64,000 nt of DNA, taken from assembly GCA_022760335.1 (NCBI GenBank), contig JALEGE010000170.1, forward strand, positions 18,164-82,163, in the 5' to 3' direction. Numbering within the stretch: position 1 is the stretch's first letter; the number at the start of each line of letters is the position of its first letter. The translations under genes and the position numbers were made by a program. Under the pieces are notes generated by a model, which searched no databases, had not been told where the DNA came from, and saw only the letters and a program-made list of their open reading frames with translations. Positions 55,857 through 64,000 of this stretch are shown here, in pieces. This stretch comes from Hyphomonadaceae bacterium (lineage in GTDB: Bacteria; Pseudomonadota; Alphaproteobacteria; Caulobacterales; Hyphomonadaceae).

Positions 55857-57224
55857 TTAAACCGCCACGGAATGACGCGCCTTTCCCGTTTCGAGATAGG
55901 TGTCGAAAATGGCGGCCACGACGCGCACCAGTGGCTTGCCAATGGGGGTCAGGCGCAATTTCGAGCCTTCCATCTCAAGCAGGCCATCCTGGATCAATGG
56001 CGCCAGGTCTGGCAGGTCATCGCCATACCAGTTCGGTGCGGAGAAGGCTTCGGCCACGCCATCAAGATCGACCTCGCCGCAGCACATCAGCTGTTCGATA
56101 ACATGCCCGCGAAGGACATCCTCCGGGCTCAACGCAACGCCACGCGCAATGGGTAGGTGCCCGCCAGCGACGGCACGGCTCCAGGCGCCGGTTTCGGTGA
56201 TATTTTGGATATGACCGGTGGGGGTGCGCCCGATGGAACTCGCCCCGACGCCCAGCAGGGTCTTTGCCGTGTCAGTGGTGTAGCCCTGAAAATTGCGGTG
56301 CAATGCGCCCTCGCGTGCAGCCTGGGCGAGCGGGTCTGTAGGCTTGGCGAAATGATCCATGCCAATTTGGTCATAGCCGGCGGCGCGAAGCGCAGCGGCC
56401 GCGGCGCTGGCCTGCGCCTGGCGCGCCTTTAGGCCAGGCAGAGCGTCTTCCGGGATCATGCGCTGGCGCTTGGCCATCCAGGGGACATGCGCATAGCCGA
56501 ACAGGGCAAACCGGTCGGGCGCGAGATCTAGGCAGGTTTCAACAGTAGACAGGAGTGTGTCCACACTCTGATGTGGCAGGCCGTAGATCAGGTCGAAATT
56601 CATCGCTGGAACGCCTGCGCCGCGCAGGCCGTTCACGGCGCTGGCGACCATGTCCGGCGGCTGGATCCGGTTGATGGCGGCCTGAACCTGCGGGTCGAAT
56701 TCCTGAATGCCGAAACTGGCGCGGGTAAAGCCCAGTGCACCAATGCGGGTGATCATCTCGTGGGTCAGCGTTCGCGGGTCGCTCTCAATCGCCAGTTCGG
56801 CCTGTGGGCGGACATCGAACAAGGCGTGCACCAGATTCATGGTCTCTGCCAGGTCATCGGGCGACAGCGCAGTCGGCGTGCCACCGCCCCAGGCCAAATG
56901 CGAGAGTGTCATTCGCTGGGGCAGGTGCTGCGCCAGCAGGCGTATCTCCGCGCGCAGGGTTTCGGCATAGTCGGCGATTGGTTCATAGCGCGCGGCCAGC
57001 TTCATGTTGCAGCCACAATACCAGCAGGCCTGCCGGCAGTAGGGCACATGCAGATAGAGCGAGACCGGTTCGCTGGCATCAAGCGCGCTTAGCCAGGCAG
57101 CATAGGCGGCGCCATCAATGCCGTCATGGAAATGTGGCGCGGTCGGATAGCTGGTATAGCGCGGTACAGCGCGCAGCGAGTATTTTGTCAGATCCGCCGA
57201 TGGACATCCCGGCCGGTCAAGCAT
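55857..57224 (-). CDS. hemN: Oxygen-independent coproporphyrinogen III oxidase (radical SAM)
   Basis: PRYTSYPTAPHF and YLHVPYCRQACWYCGCN motifs. ATG at 57224 preferred over the track's TTG at 57245. Confidence 0.92.
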   Translation of the reverse strand: MLDRPGCPSADLTKYSLRAVPRYTSYPTAPHFHDGIDGAAYAAWLSALDASEPVSLYLHVPYCRQACWYCGCNMKLAARYEPIADYAETLRAEIRLLAQHLPQRMTLSHLAWGGGTPTALSPDDLAETMNLVHALFDVRPQAELAIESDPRTLTHEMITRIGALGFTRASFGIQEFDPQVQAAINRIQPPDMVASAVNGLRGAGVPAMNFDLIYGLPHQSVDTLLSTVETCLDLAPDRFALFGYAHVPWMAKRQRMIPEDALPGLKARQAQASAAAAALRAAGYDQIGMDHFAKPTDPLAQAAREGALHRNFQGYTTDTAKTLLGVGASSIGRTPTGHIQNITETGAWSRAVAGGHLPIARGVALSPEDVLRGHVIEQLMCCGEVDLDGVAEAFSAPNWYGDDLPDLAPLIQDGLLEMEGSKLRLTPIGKPLVRVVAAIFDTYLETGKARHSVAV

Positions 57225-57353
57225 GCCAAGCCCCCAGTTGCACAAGAACCAGATGCCTAAGGGAGGGCCACACCGGGGCCTATAGGTAGTTTCCCGGTCA
57301 GGCCTCTCGTGGGAGACTATGACAGCCAGTGATATCCTTGATTGGCGGACTGC

Positions 57354-58868
57354 CTATCCAGCCAGTGCCTTGTCGAGTGCGACGCCTTCTTCGTCCTGCA
57401 GCGCGGCTTTTTTCCATTTGGCCAAGACGGCAGGCGTCTGCTGGCTCGATTTGAGATTGTCGAAAGCCGTGATGATCCGCTGATAGTTTTTCAGCCCGCG
57501 TGCGTGCGTGTCGCCATAGCCCTTGATCAATCTCTGTAATCCAGCCACTTCACAAGCCAGCTCGTAATCCACTTTTGCGCTTGCGAACACGCGCTGCATC
57601 CATTCCTGTATCCAGGACATTTCCTCATGGTGCTTGTAGGAAATCTTGCGCAACCAACGTAACCGGGCCACGGTATACAGCACCAGAAAGCCCCGAAGCT
57701 TGGTTGTCGAGACACGTTTTCCGCTCTTGAAAAACGGAGACAGGAGCCGGGTAAGCATACCATTGTTCAGGCAAGCGCGTCCGAGCGGCGCGGGCATCAT
57801 CTCGCAGATTTCCTGATAGCGCGGATGCATGAATTCCGAGACATTGACGATCTGGTTCTCGTCCGCTTTCACGTCTTCCCGAAACCGTGTGAAACGGTTG
57901 CGGCGGGTCTTCTGGTCGGCAACGCGGAATGTGTCCTGGTAGCACATTGCAAGCGCCAGATAGCGCGCCATTTCCTGCGACAGCCGCCACTGTTTCCGCT
58001 CGCCGCCGCATGATCGGTCAACATCAATGATGGTGCGCATATGCTCGATATATTCGCGCGCATAGTCGAGACCATGATAGTCAAGCGTCTTCTTGAGGGC
58101 TTCTGTCACAAGAAAATGCGTTTCCGGCGGAAAAGTCTCATGCACCTCCTTGAGAAGTGGAGCGACCCGCTTTCCTGCTGTCGGCAAGTCCTTGCGGTGT
58201 GATGATGCGAGGGCTTCGCCCGGAGGCGACACTTGCTGCGCCGTCTCGTAACCGGCTGCAAAGCCTTTCAGGTTTGCCGCCACCGCCTTGTTGGTGAGCT
58301 TGATCGTCTCTTCAAATGTCTCACGCTCAAATGGCAGTGCCTTCGAGCCCGCCAAGGCCCCGAATAGAACCGAGGAAATGACAGACCCGGCGTTCCTAGC
58401 TGCTGAATCCATATCAAAGCAGATAAAGCGCCCGGCGGCATTTCCCGCCGCCTCTTTGACGGGCTGCCCGGGTTTGCGGCCATCGCCCATGACTTGTTTT
58501 TCGACGATGGCATAGTCGCGGTGATCGGATGCGATCAGGGTTGTCTCCTTGGAGACAAACCCCCGAACGACCGCGCGACCCGCTTCCATCAGCTCGGAGG
58601 CGATAACGATATCAACATTGCCTTCAACCGGCATCAGCGCCAGGATCGGCTCCCGGCCGGCTTTCTGCGCCAGGCTCATCGGGAAGAGCTCGATATAATA
58701 GATCGTTGCGCCCGTTCGCTGTGCGACGCCTGGAACCGAGGTGTACTGCGCGATGTAGCCTTGGGACTGGGCCAGATCCAGGATCCATTTGGAGAGAACG
58801 CCACCGCCCTGTCCGCCCATCGCGATCACGGCGATATTGATGGACCTGTCCGAATTGCGGGCGCTCAT
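57354..58868 (-). CDS. iorB: Indolepyruvate oxidoreductase subunit beta (long form)
   Basis: INIAVIAMGGQGGGVLSKWI..VPGVAQRTGATIYYIE N-domain plus a long C-terminal extension. Confidence 0.85.
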   Translation of the reverse strand: MSARNSDRSINIAVIAMGGQGGGVLSKWILDLAQSQGYIAQYTSVPGVAQRTGATIYYIELFPMSLAQKAGREPILALMPVEGNVDIVIASELMEAGRAVVRGFVSKETTLIASDHRDYAIVEKQVMGDGRKPGQPVKEAAGNAAGRFICFDMDSAARNAGSVISSVLFGALAGSKALPFERETFEETIKLTNKAVAANLKGFAAGYETAQQVSPPGEALASSHRKDLPTAGKRVAPLLKEVHETFPPETHFLVTEALKKTLDYHGLDYAREYIEHMRTIIDVDRSCGGERKQWRLSQEMARYLALAMCYQDTFRVADQKTRRNRFTRFREDVKADENQIVNVSEFMHPRYQEICEMMPAPLGRACLNNGMLTRLLSPFFKSGKRVSTTKLRGFLVLYTVARLRWLRKISYKHHEEMSWIQEWMQRVFASAKVDYELACEVAGLQRLIKGYGDTHARGLKNYQRIITAFDNLKSSQQTPAVLAKWKKAALQDEEGVALDKALAG

Positions 58869-61018
58869 GAGTAGGCCTCAAGGATTTCCAGGTCGCGGCG
58901 GCGGGCATCAATGCGCCGCTGAAGGAAGCCGATGACGGCATTGCGCAGGCCCGAGCGCAGCTTGTCCCAGAGCGAAGGATTGTAGATCAATTCGGCGCGA
59001 TAGAAGGACGGACACAAGATCGCCGCATGGGCCACCTCACCGCAGACACCACAGCCGACACAGTCATTGTTGACATAGGCGACAGGGTCTTCGCGAAGCG
59101 GGTCTGGATTGTCCTTGATTGTAAGCGAAGGACACCCCGACAGGCGAATGCAGGCATGATCTCCGGTGCAGGTGTCTGAATCGACACCAAAGCGCCTGCG
59201 GACAACGCGCTTGCCATCCTTGATCATCTTGTTGCGCTGTGGCTTTACGCGGCGCTGCTCGTTGAGCATGCACTCGCCTTCCGCAATGATCACCTTGGGA
59301 CCTTTGCTCGGCGTCGTCATTGCTTCGGTCAGCACACGAACCATCTTGCCAATATCGTAGGTGTGGACAGTGCGCTGCCAGCGAATGCCCAGCCCTTCGA
59401 TCGCTTTGCTGATCGGGTTCTTGGTGCTTTTTGAGGCGTTTTCCGCGCGTGAAGACAGGATGTCCTGTCCGCCCGTGGCCGCGCTGTAGCCATTATCGAC
59501 GATGACCAGGACATTGTCATTCTTGTTGAAGACGGCATTGCCGACCCCGCTGGTCAGGCCATTATGCCAGAAGCCGCCATCGCCCATGATCGAGACAGTG
59601 CGCTGATCAGATGTTGTGTTGAAGGCCGACGCGCCGGACCATCCAAGGCCGTATCCCATGGTTGTGTTGCCTATATTGAACGGCGGTAGAATCGAGAACA
59701 AATGACAACCAATATCGCAGCTGACATGGAATTTGCCGAGATTGCGCTGCACCAGCTTCATGGCAGTGAAGACGGGACGTTCCGGACAGCCCGTGCAAAA
59801 TCCAACGGGCCGTGCGGGGACGATCTCGCCAAGCTCGGATCGCGCGTGTTCGCTTGGCAGTTCCGAGGAAGACGTGAGTGCGAGCCCGTTCGGCTCCTGA
59901 TCGGAGAAAAAACGTTTCAGGCCAGTCTGAATGGCTTGTGCCGTATACTCGCCGGCCATGGGCAGAACGTCTTTTCCGTAGAGTTTCGTTTCGACGCCCT
60001 TCTTGCGCAGAATTGAGTGGATAGCCTGTTCGATATAGTCCGGCTGGCCCTCTTCCACGACGAGTACGGATTTCTTGTCGGCGCAAAAGCCAATGATTTC
60101 CTGATCGATCAGCGGGTATGTGACGTTCATGCAGTAGATCGGGATATCGGTTTGTCCGTAAACGTCCGAAAGTCCGAGCATTTGCATCGCGCGAATGAGC
60201 GTGTTGTAGAGCCCACCCTGAACAATGATGCCGGCGGGCCCATCCTGCCCGCCCAGAAACTCGTTCAGGCGATTGGCCTTGATGAATTCCACGGCGGCTG
60301 GCCATCTTTCTTCGATCTTTTCGACCTCATGCAGGAAATTGGAGGGCGGAAGAACGACCCGGTCATAGTCGCGGACGGGGTTTTCCATCGCTTCGCGGAG
60401 CGTGAAGTCCGGCCGTTTATTGTCCTTGGTCGTGAAGCTGCCATGCACGTGGCAGGCGCGAATACGCAGCTCCAGCATCACCGGTGTGTTAGAAGCTTCC
60501 GATAGCTGGAAGCCATGTTCCACCATGTCCACGATCGAGGTCAGGTTTGGCCGCGGATCGAGCAGCCACATCTGCGACTTCATCGCGAAAGCGTGCGAGC
60601 GCTCCTGCATGATGGAGGAGCCTTCGCCATAATCCTCACCAATGATGACCAGCGCGCCGCCGACAACCCCGCTCGATGCAACGCTTGCCAGCGCGTCGGA
60701 GGCAACATTGGTTCCGACGGTCGATTTCCAGGTGACCGCGCCGCGCAGGGGATAATTGACCGAAGCCGCCAGCATGGCCGCGGCGGAGGCTTCCGATGCA
60801 CTTGCTTCGAAGTGAATTCCCAATTCGTCGAGTACGTCTTCCGCATCAGACAGAACGTCCATCAGATGAGAGATGGGAGCGCCCTGATAGCCTCCGACAT
60901 AGGACACGCCGGACTGCAAAAGCGCTTTCGTGACCGCCAGGATGCCTTCCCCCTTGAAGACTTCACCTCCCGGAGTCCGCAGCTGTTGAACTTCTGCAGC
61001 AAAAGATCTTTCGGCCAT
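58865..61018 (-). CDS. iorA: Indolepyruvate ferredoxin oxidoreductase subunit alpha (TPP, 4Fe-4S)
   Basis: 717 aa. TPP-binding GDGGFWHNG and C-terminal ferredoxin-like Cys clusters (CTGDHAC..., CVGCGVCGEVAHAAILCP). 4-nt overlap with iorB. Confidence 0.88.
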   Translation of the reverse strand: MAERSFAAEVQQLRTPGGEVFKGEGILAVTKALLQSGVSYVGGYQGAPISHLMDVLSDAEDVLDELGIHFEASASEASAAAMLAASVNYPLRGAVTWKSTVGTNVASDALASVASSGVVGGALVIIGEDYGEGSSIMQERSHAFAMKSQMWLLDPRPNLTSIVDMVEHGFQLSEASNTPVMLELRIRACHVHGSFTTKDNKRPDFTLREAMENPVRDYDRVVLPPSNFLHEVEKIEERWPAAVEFIKANRLNEFLGGQDGPAGIIVQGGLYNTLIRAMQMLGLSDVYGQTDIPIYCMNVTYPLIDQEIIGFCADKKSVLVVEEGQPDYIEQAIHSILRKKGVETKLYGKDVLPMAGEYTAQAIQTGLKRFFSDQEPNGLALTSSSELPSEHARSELGEIVPARPVGFCTGCPERPVFTAMKLVQRNLGKFHVSCDIGCHLFSILPPFNIGNTTMGYGLGWSGASAFNTTSDQRTVSIMGDGGFWHNGLTSGVGNAVFNKNDNVLVIVDNGYSAATGGQDILSSRAENASKSTKNPISKAIEGLGIRWQRTVHTYDIGKMVRVLTEAMTTPSKGPKVIIAEGECMLNEQRRVKPQRNKMIKDGKRVVRRRFGVDSDTCTGDHACIRLSGCPSLTIKDNPDPLREDPVAYVNNDCVGCGVCGEVAHAAILCPSFYRAELIYNPSLWDKLRSGLRNAVIGFLQRRIDARRRDLEILEAYS

Positions 61019-61243
61019 TCTTCCTGTTCCCTTGGACGTATCCGATTCTACAAAGCCGGACGTTTACAAGGGCGGATGCTGTTGCACAGGCCGGTCCTGG
61101 CCGAAAAACCCCGAGTCCGGCGCTATTCAGCGCAAAACGGACAAAGGTCGCATTCAGCGCATACACGCCGGGTGAATGCGGGAGTAAAAACGCTCCTGAA
61201 TCAAAGAGTTCGGAATGTTTTAATCGATCGGTGGAGAATTGTG

Positions 61244-62032
61244 ATGTCTGCAACTCAAGTCAATATGGATTTGATATCATCAATCCTGTCTGGTGGAATG
61301 AAGGTGGTCGATCTCACCGAAACGCTTCGTCCGGAATATCCGACGATCACGCTTCCATCGGAGTTCAAGCAGGCCTCGCCGTTCGTAAAGGAGCAGATCT
61401 CCCGATATGATGAAGATGGCCCAGGATGGTACTGGAACAACTTCACGCTCAGCGAGCATACCGGGACGCATTTCGACGCCCCAGTGCACTGGGTGACCGG
61501 CAAGGACGTGCCGAACGGATCGGTGGACACGATGCCCGTCGAGCGGTTTGTGGCTCCGGTTGTGGTGATTGATTGTACGGCGGAAGTGCGGGCTGACCTG
61601 GGATATATTCTGACAAAGGAAAAGCTCCTGGCCTGGGAAGCCGAGCACGGACGCATTGAGCCAGGCAGCTGGGTGTTCATGCGCACCGACTGGCGGCATG
61701 TTACCGATCCTAAGAACTATACAAATCTCCAGGAGGATGGAGCGCACTCTCCCGGTCCGGACACCGAAGCGGTGTTGTGGATGATTGAGGAGCGCGACGT
61801 TCTGGGCTTTGGCACCGAATGCGTCGGAACAGATGCTGGCCAGGCGTTCCTGTTCGAGCCGCAGTTTCCTTGCCATCACTACATGCATGGCGCGGGAAAA
61901 TATGGGCTTCAGTGCATGACAAATCTGGATCTCTTGCCCGCGCGCGGCGCGGTTATCATTGCCGCGCCACTGAAAATCGAAGACGGCTCCGGAAGCCCGC
62001 TCCGGGTCATCGCGCTTGCGCCCGTGGAATAG
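61244..62032 (+). CDS. Cyclase family protein (kynurenine-formamidase-like, PF04199)
   Basis: 262 aa from MSATQVNMDL. The LSEHTGTHFDAPVHW metal motif is present. The upstream part of track ORF 60515..62032 lies antisense to iorA and was rejected. Confidence 0.85.
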   Translation: MSATQVNMDLISSILSGGMKVVDLTETLRPEYPTITLPSEFKQASPFVKEQISRYDEDGPGWYWNNFTLSEHTGTHFDAPVHWVTGKDVPNGSVDTMPVERFVAPVVVIDCTAEVRADLGYILTKEKLLAWEAEHGRIEPGSWVFMRTDWRHVTDPKNYTNLQEDGAHSPGPDTEAVLWMIEERDVLGFGTECVGTDAGQAFLFEPQFPCHHYMHGAGKYGLQCMTNLDLLPARGAVIIAAPLKIEDGSGSPLRVIALAPVE

Positions 62033-62101
62033 GCTGGCCCTCCAGGGGCGCGGAGATTTGTAGGCGCCGCTGCCCTTGGATCTTGCGTCAGCTTGTAGTC
62101 G

Positions 62102-63364
62102 TTATCCGAAAAAGCGGAACCAGAGATAGAACAGCGCAATTGCGCCCATGATCCAGCATCCGCTGAGGCTCCAGACATAAATCACGCGTCCTGGTCTTTG
62201 CTCTGCAGGCACGATACCCGCAAACATCGCCTTGTGGTTCAGGAACGCGAAGACAGGCGCCATCAGGAAGGAAACAGTCGTTGCAATATCGATCAGCGAC
62301 GTGAAGGACGCCATCATGGCTGTGATGATCAGATATGCTCCGATAAGCAGAACGAGCATGGACAGCCAGTAATAGGGGTGCCGGCTGATATTCGGCGTCT
62401 CGGCGGGGCTGCTTTTGCCAGTGTAATCCAGAACAACCACCGCCAGTGTGCGAGGCCAGGCATCGATCGCCGTCAATGTGGTCGAGAAGATAACAGCCAG
62501 TGCTGCAAAGCCGACGAGTTTGGAGATCGTTGTTCCCAATGCGACTTCGTAAAGCTCGACAATCTGGTTCGCGAAGCCGACAGCGCCGGCTTCGAAAACG
62601 GCGCCGGAACTGTACATAATCCCGGCGCCCATGAAGACAAAACAGACGGCCAGAAATGTCGTGGCGAAGAACCCGACATTGAAGTCGAACGTGGCTTCGC
62701 CCTGCGTCGGCGTGTGCTGGGTGTCCTTTGTGCGCGCTTGTGACCACAAGGATTGCCACACGGAAGTGTCCAGAGGTGCGGGCATCCAGCCGACCAGTGC
62801 CACGATGAACAAGAGTGTCGCCTTGTCAAAATGATCGAGAATGAGGGAGCCCGGCCCGGACCAGGTCACTTTGGGCAAGATCGCGATGGTCGCGATCAGG
62901 GTTGCAATGGTCAGGAATGACAGAAGAATTTTGATCAGCGTATCCAGTGCGCGGTACTGGCCGATATACAGGATCAGGCCGACAAAGCCCCAGATCACAA
63001 GGACCAAAATCGATGTATCCGTCGTGATTCCGAGATTGGATTTCAGCAGCGCTGCCGTGGTCAGGGAAATGGAGGCACAGGCCGCAAACATTGTCAGCAG
63101 TGTCGCCAGAACGAAACTTGCCGTGGCGAAGTGCCCCTGACGCCGGTAGGCCGCAAGAAGGTTTTCCCCCGCTGCAGCTGAGTAGCGGTTTCCGATCAGA
63201 AAGGCGGGATACTTCACCAGGTTCGCAGCGAGAACGGCGACGAGAAGGGCCAGGCCATATTCTGCGCCGGCTCTCGTCGATTGCACAAGATGTGAGACAC
63301 CGATCGCCGCACCGGCAAATAACAGGCCGGGCCCAAGCGCTTTGAGCACGTTCTTTTGGCTCAT
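62102..63364 (-). CDS. NRAMP-family (MntH-like) divalent metal transporter
   Basis: MSQKNVLKALGPGLLFAGAAIGVSHLVQSTRAGAEYG N-terminus and about 11 TM segments. Confidence 0.82.
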   Translation of the reverse strand: MSQKNVLKALGPGLLFAGAAIGVSHLVQSTRAGAEYGLALLVAVLAANLVKYPAFLIGNRYSAAAGENLLAAYRRQGHFATASFVLATLLTMFAACASISLTTAALLKSNLGITTDTSILVLVIWGFVGLILYIGQYRALDTLIKILLSFLTIATLIATIAILPKVTWSGPGSLILDHFDKATLLFIVALVGWMPAPLDTSVWQSLWSQARTKDTQHTPTQGEATFDFNVGFFATTFLAVCFVFMGAGIMYSSGAVFEAGAVGFANQIVELYEVALGTTISKLVGFAALAVIFSTTLTAIDAWPRTLAVVVLDYTGKSSPAETPNISRHPYYWLSMLVLLIGAYLIITAMMASFTSLIDIATTVSFLMAPVFAFLNHKAMFAGIVPAEQRPGRVIYVWSLSGCWIMGAIALFYLWFRFFG

Positions 63365-63502
63365 CCGCCCCTCCATCTTCAAATTACTGGGTTGATCAAG
63401 CGTAGATTAGTGGCATATTTATTTCAATCCTAAAATAAATTGCCGCATAAGAGTGAATTGCCTCGGGGTGGGGCCGCCTTGGAAGCCTTGACGAAATTGG
63501 AG

Positions 63503-64000
63503 ATGAAAATGGTTCGACTGAAAATGGTTAGCAGCCTTGTGATCGCCCTCGCTTTGTCTGCGGCGTGCACGACCCAGCGGGCCACTCCGGTGGCGGAGCA
63601 AGCGGCCTTCGATCCCGAGAAGGGCAATGCAAATTATATCGGGCCGTCCACCTGGGCGAGATGTGCGGCCTTGATGTCCGACGCCAGTGCTCAAATCTAC
63701 GAGCTGTCTCATGAGCGCTCGAACACGATGCCGGCATCACCTTTTGGTGTTCCGCTGGAGTATAGCTTCCGGCCGACCGTTGGCCTGCCGGGCACGCGCC
63801 ATGCCTTCAATGGCGAACAGCTGACGGGTGAGACAGGGGCTCAGGGCACGCAAATGGATGCCTTGGGGCATTTCGGCTTTTTTGAAGAGGCCTGGAATGG
63901 GGAAGACCCATTTCCGCAGGATGATGTGCAGTATTACGGCGGTCTGACGCAGGAAGATGTCAAACCGTCTCCGGATTCGCCGCTGTTGAAGCTGGGGGTC
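63503..64000 (+). CDS. Second cyclase-family protein, lipoprotein; 3' end outside the window
   Basis: My own translation: MKMVRLKMVSSLVIALALSAAC (lipobox)...GETGAQGTQMDALGHFG (a variant of the cyclase HxGTHxDxxxH motif). The frame stays open to the window end, so it is absent from the ORF track. Confidence 0.7.
   Translation, partial: MKMVRLKMVSSLVIALALSAACTTQRATPVAEQAAFDPEKGNANYIGPSTWARCAALMSDASAQIYELSHERSNTMPASPFGVPLEYSFRPTVGLPGTRHAFNGEQLTGETGAQGTQMDALGHFGFFEEAWNGEDPFPQDDVQYYGGLTQEDVKPSPDSPLLKLGV

Noticed and set aside
57225-57353. FNR/FixK box (TTGAT-N4-ATCAA) upstream of hemN
   Set aside because: Only a lone TTGATTGG half-site-like string is present, with no palindromic partner.
60515-61243. 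N-terminal 243 codons of track ORF 60515..62032
   Set aside because: This part lies antisense to iorA and has no motif. The cyclase homology begins at the ATG at 61244, which lies in the intergenic region.
63365-63502. Mn (yybP-ykoY) riboswitch upstream of the NRAMP-like gene
   Set aside because: The region is short and AT-rich, with no four-way-junction-like pairing or conserved GGGGAGUAG-type motif visible.
1-64000. tRNA, rRNA, tmRNA genes and CRISPR arrays
   Set aside because: I saw no T-loop/acceptor-stem-like cloverleaf candidates in intergenic regions, no rRNA-like stretches, and no regularly spaced short direct repeats. This was a visual scan only, so a tRNAscan or Infernal run could still find small RNAs.

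Overview
High-GC alphaproteobacterial chromosomal segment. The gene order is typical of the class: ubiE/mutM divergent pair, coaBC, rpoH, trmD-rplS, miaB-phoH-ybeY-corC-lnt, proA-nadD-rsfS-rlmH, mutL, mnmA, hslO-argF. The content looks like a marine Caulobacterales/Hyphomonadaceae-type organism, but the taxon cannot be verified here. I call about 60 protein genes, mostly housekeeping. I saw no rRNA, tRNA or CRISPR array. All alignments, GC impressions and start-codon choices were made by eye from the sequence; nothing was computed or searched.

The most unusual signal is a recurring architecture at three unrelated loci. At rimK, a GT4 glycosyltransferase and hslO, the last 80-220 nt of an intact conserved gene recurs in direct orientation as a diverged, dead fragment. 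These fragments bracket short AT-richer cassettes, most of them encoding exported or unknown proteins. The glycosyltransferase locus has three copies plus an internal trmD fragment, forming a tandem cassette array that also separates trmD-rplS from its usual upstream partners. No recombinase is visible at any junction.

Other accessory content:
- a translationally coupled HTH / WYL-like (Sm-fold-like) gene pair with a convergent small gene
- a DUF433/DUF5615 toxin-antitoxin-like pair
- a RimB-like protease domain fused to RimK
- two nearly identical relics of an internally deleted IS481-like transposase, bracketing an 8.4-kb block of envelope/redox genes
- two REP-like hairpin families
- a DUF1800/DUF1501 pair
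- an orphan cheY-cheR pair
- a lower-GC iorAB / cyclase / NRAMP-like / cyclase cluster at the right end
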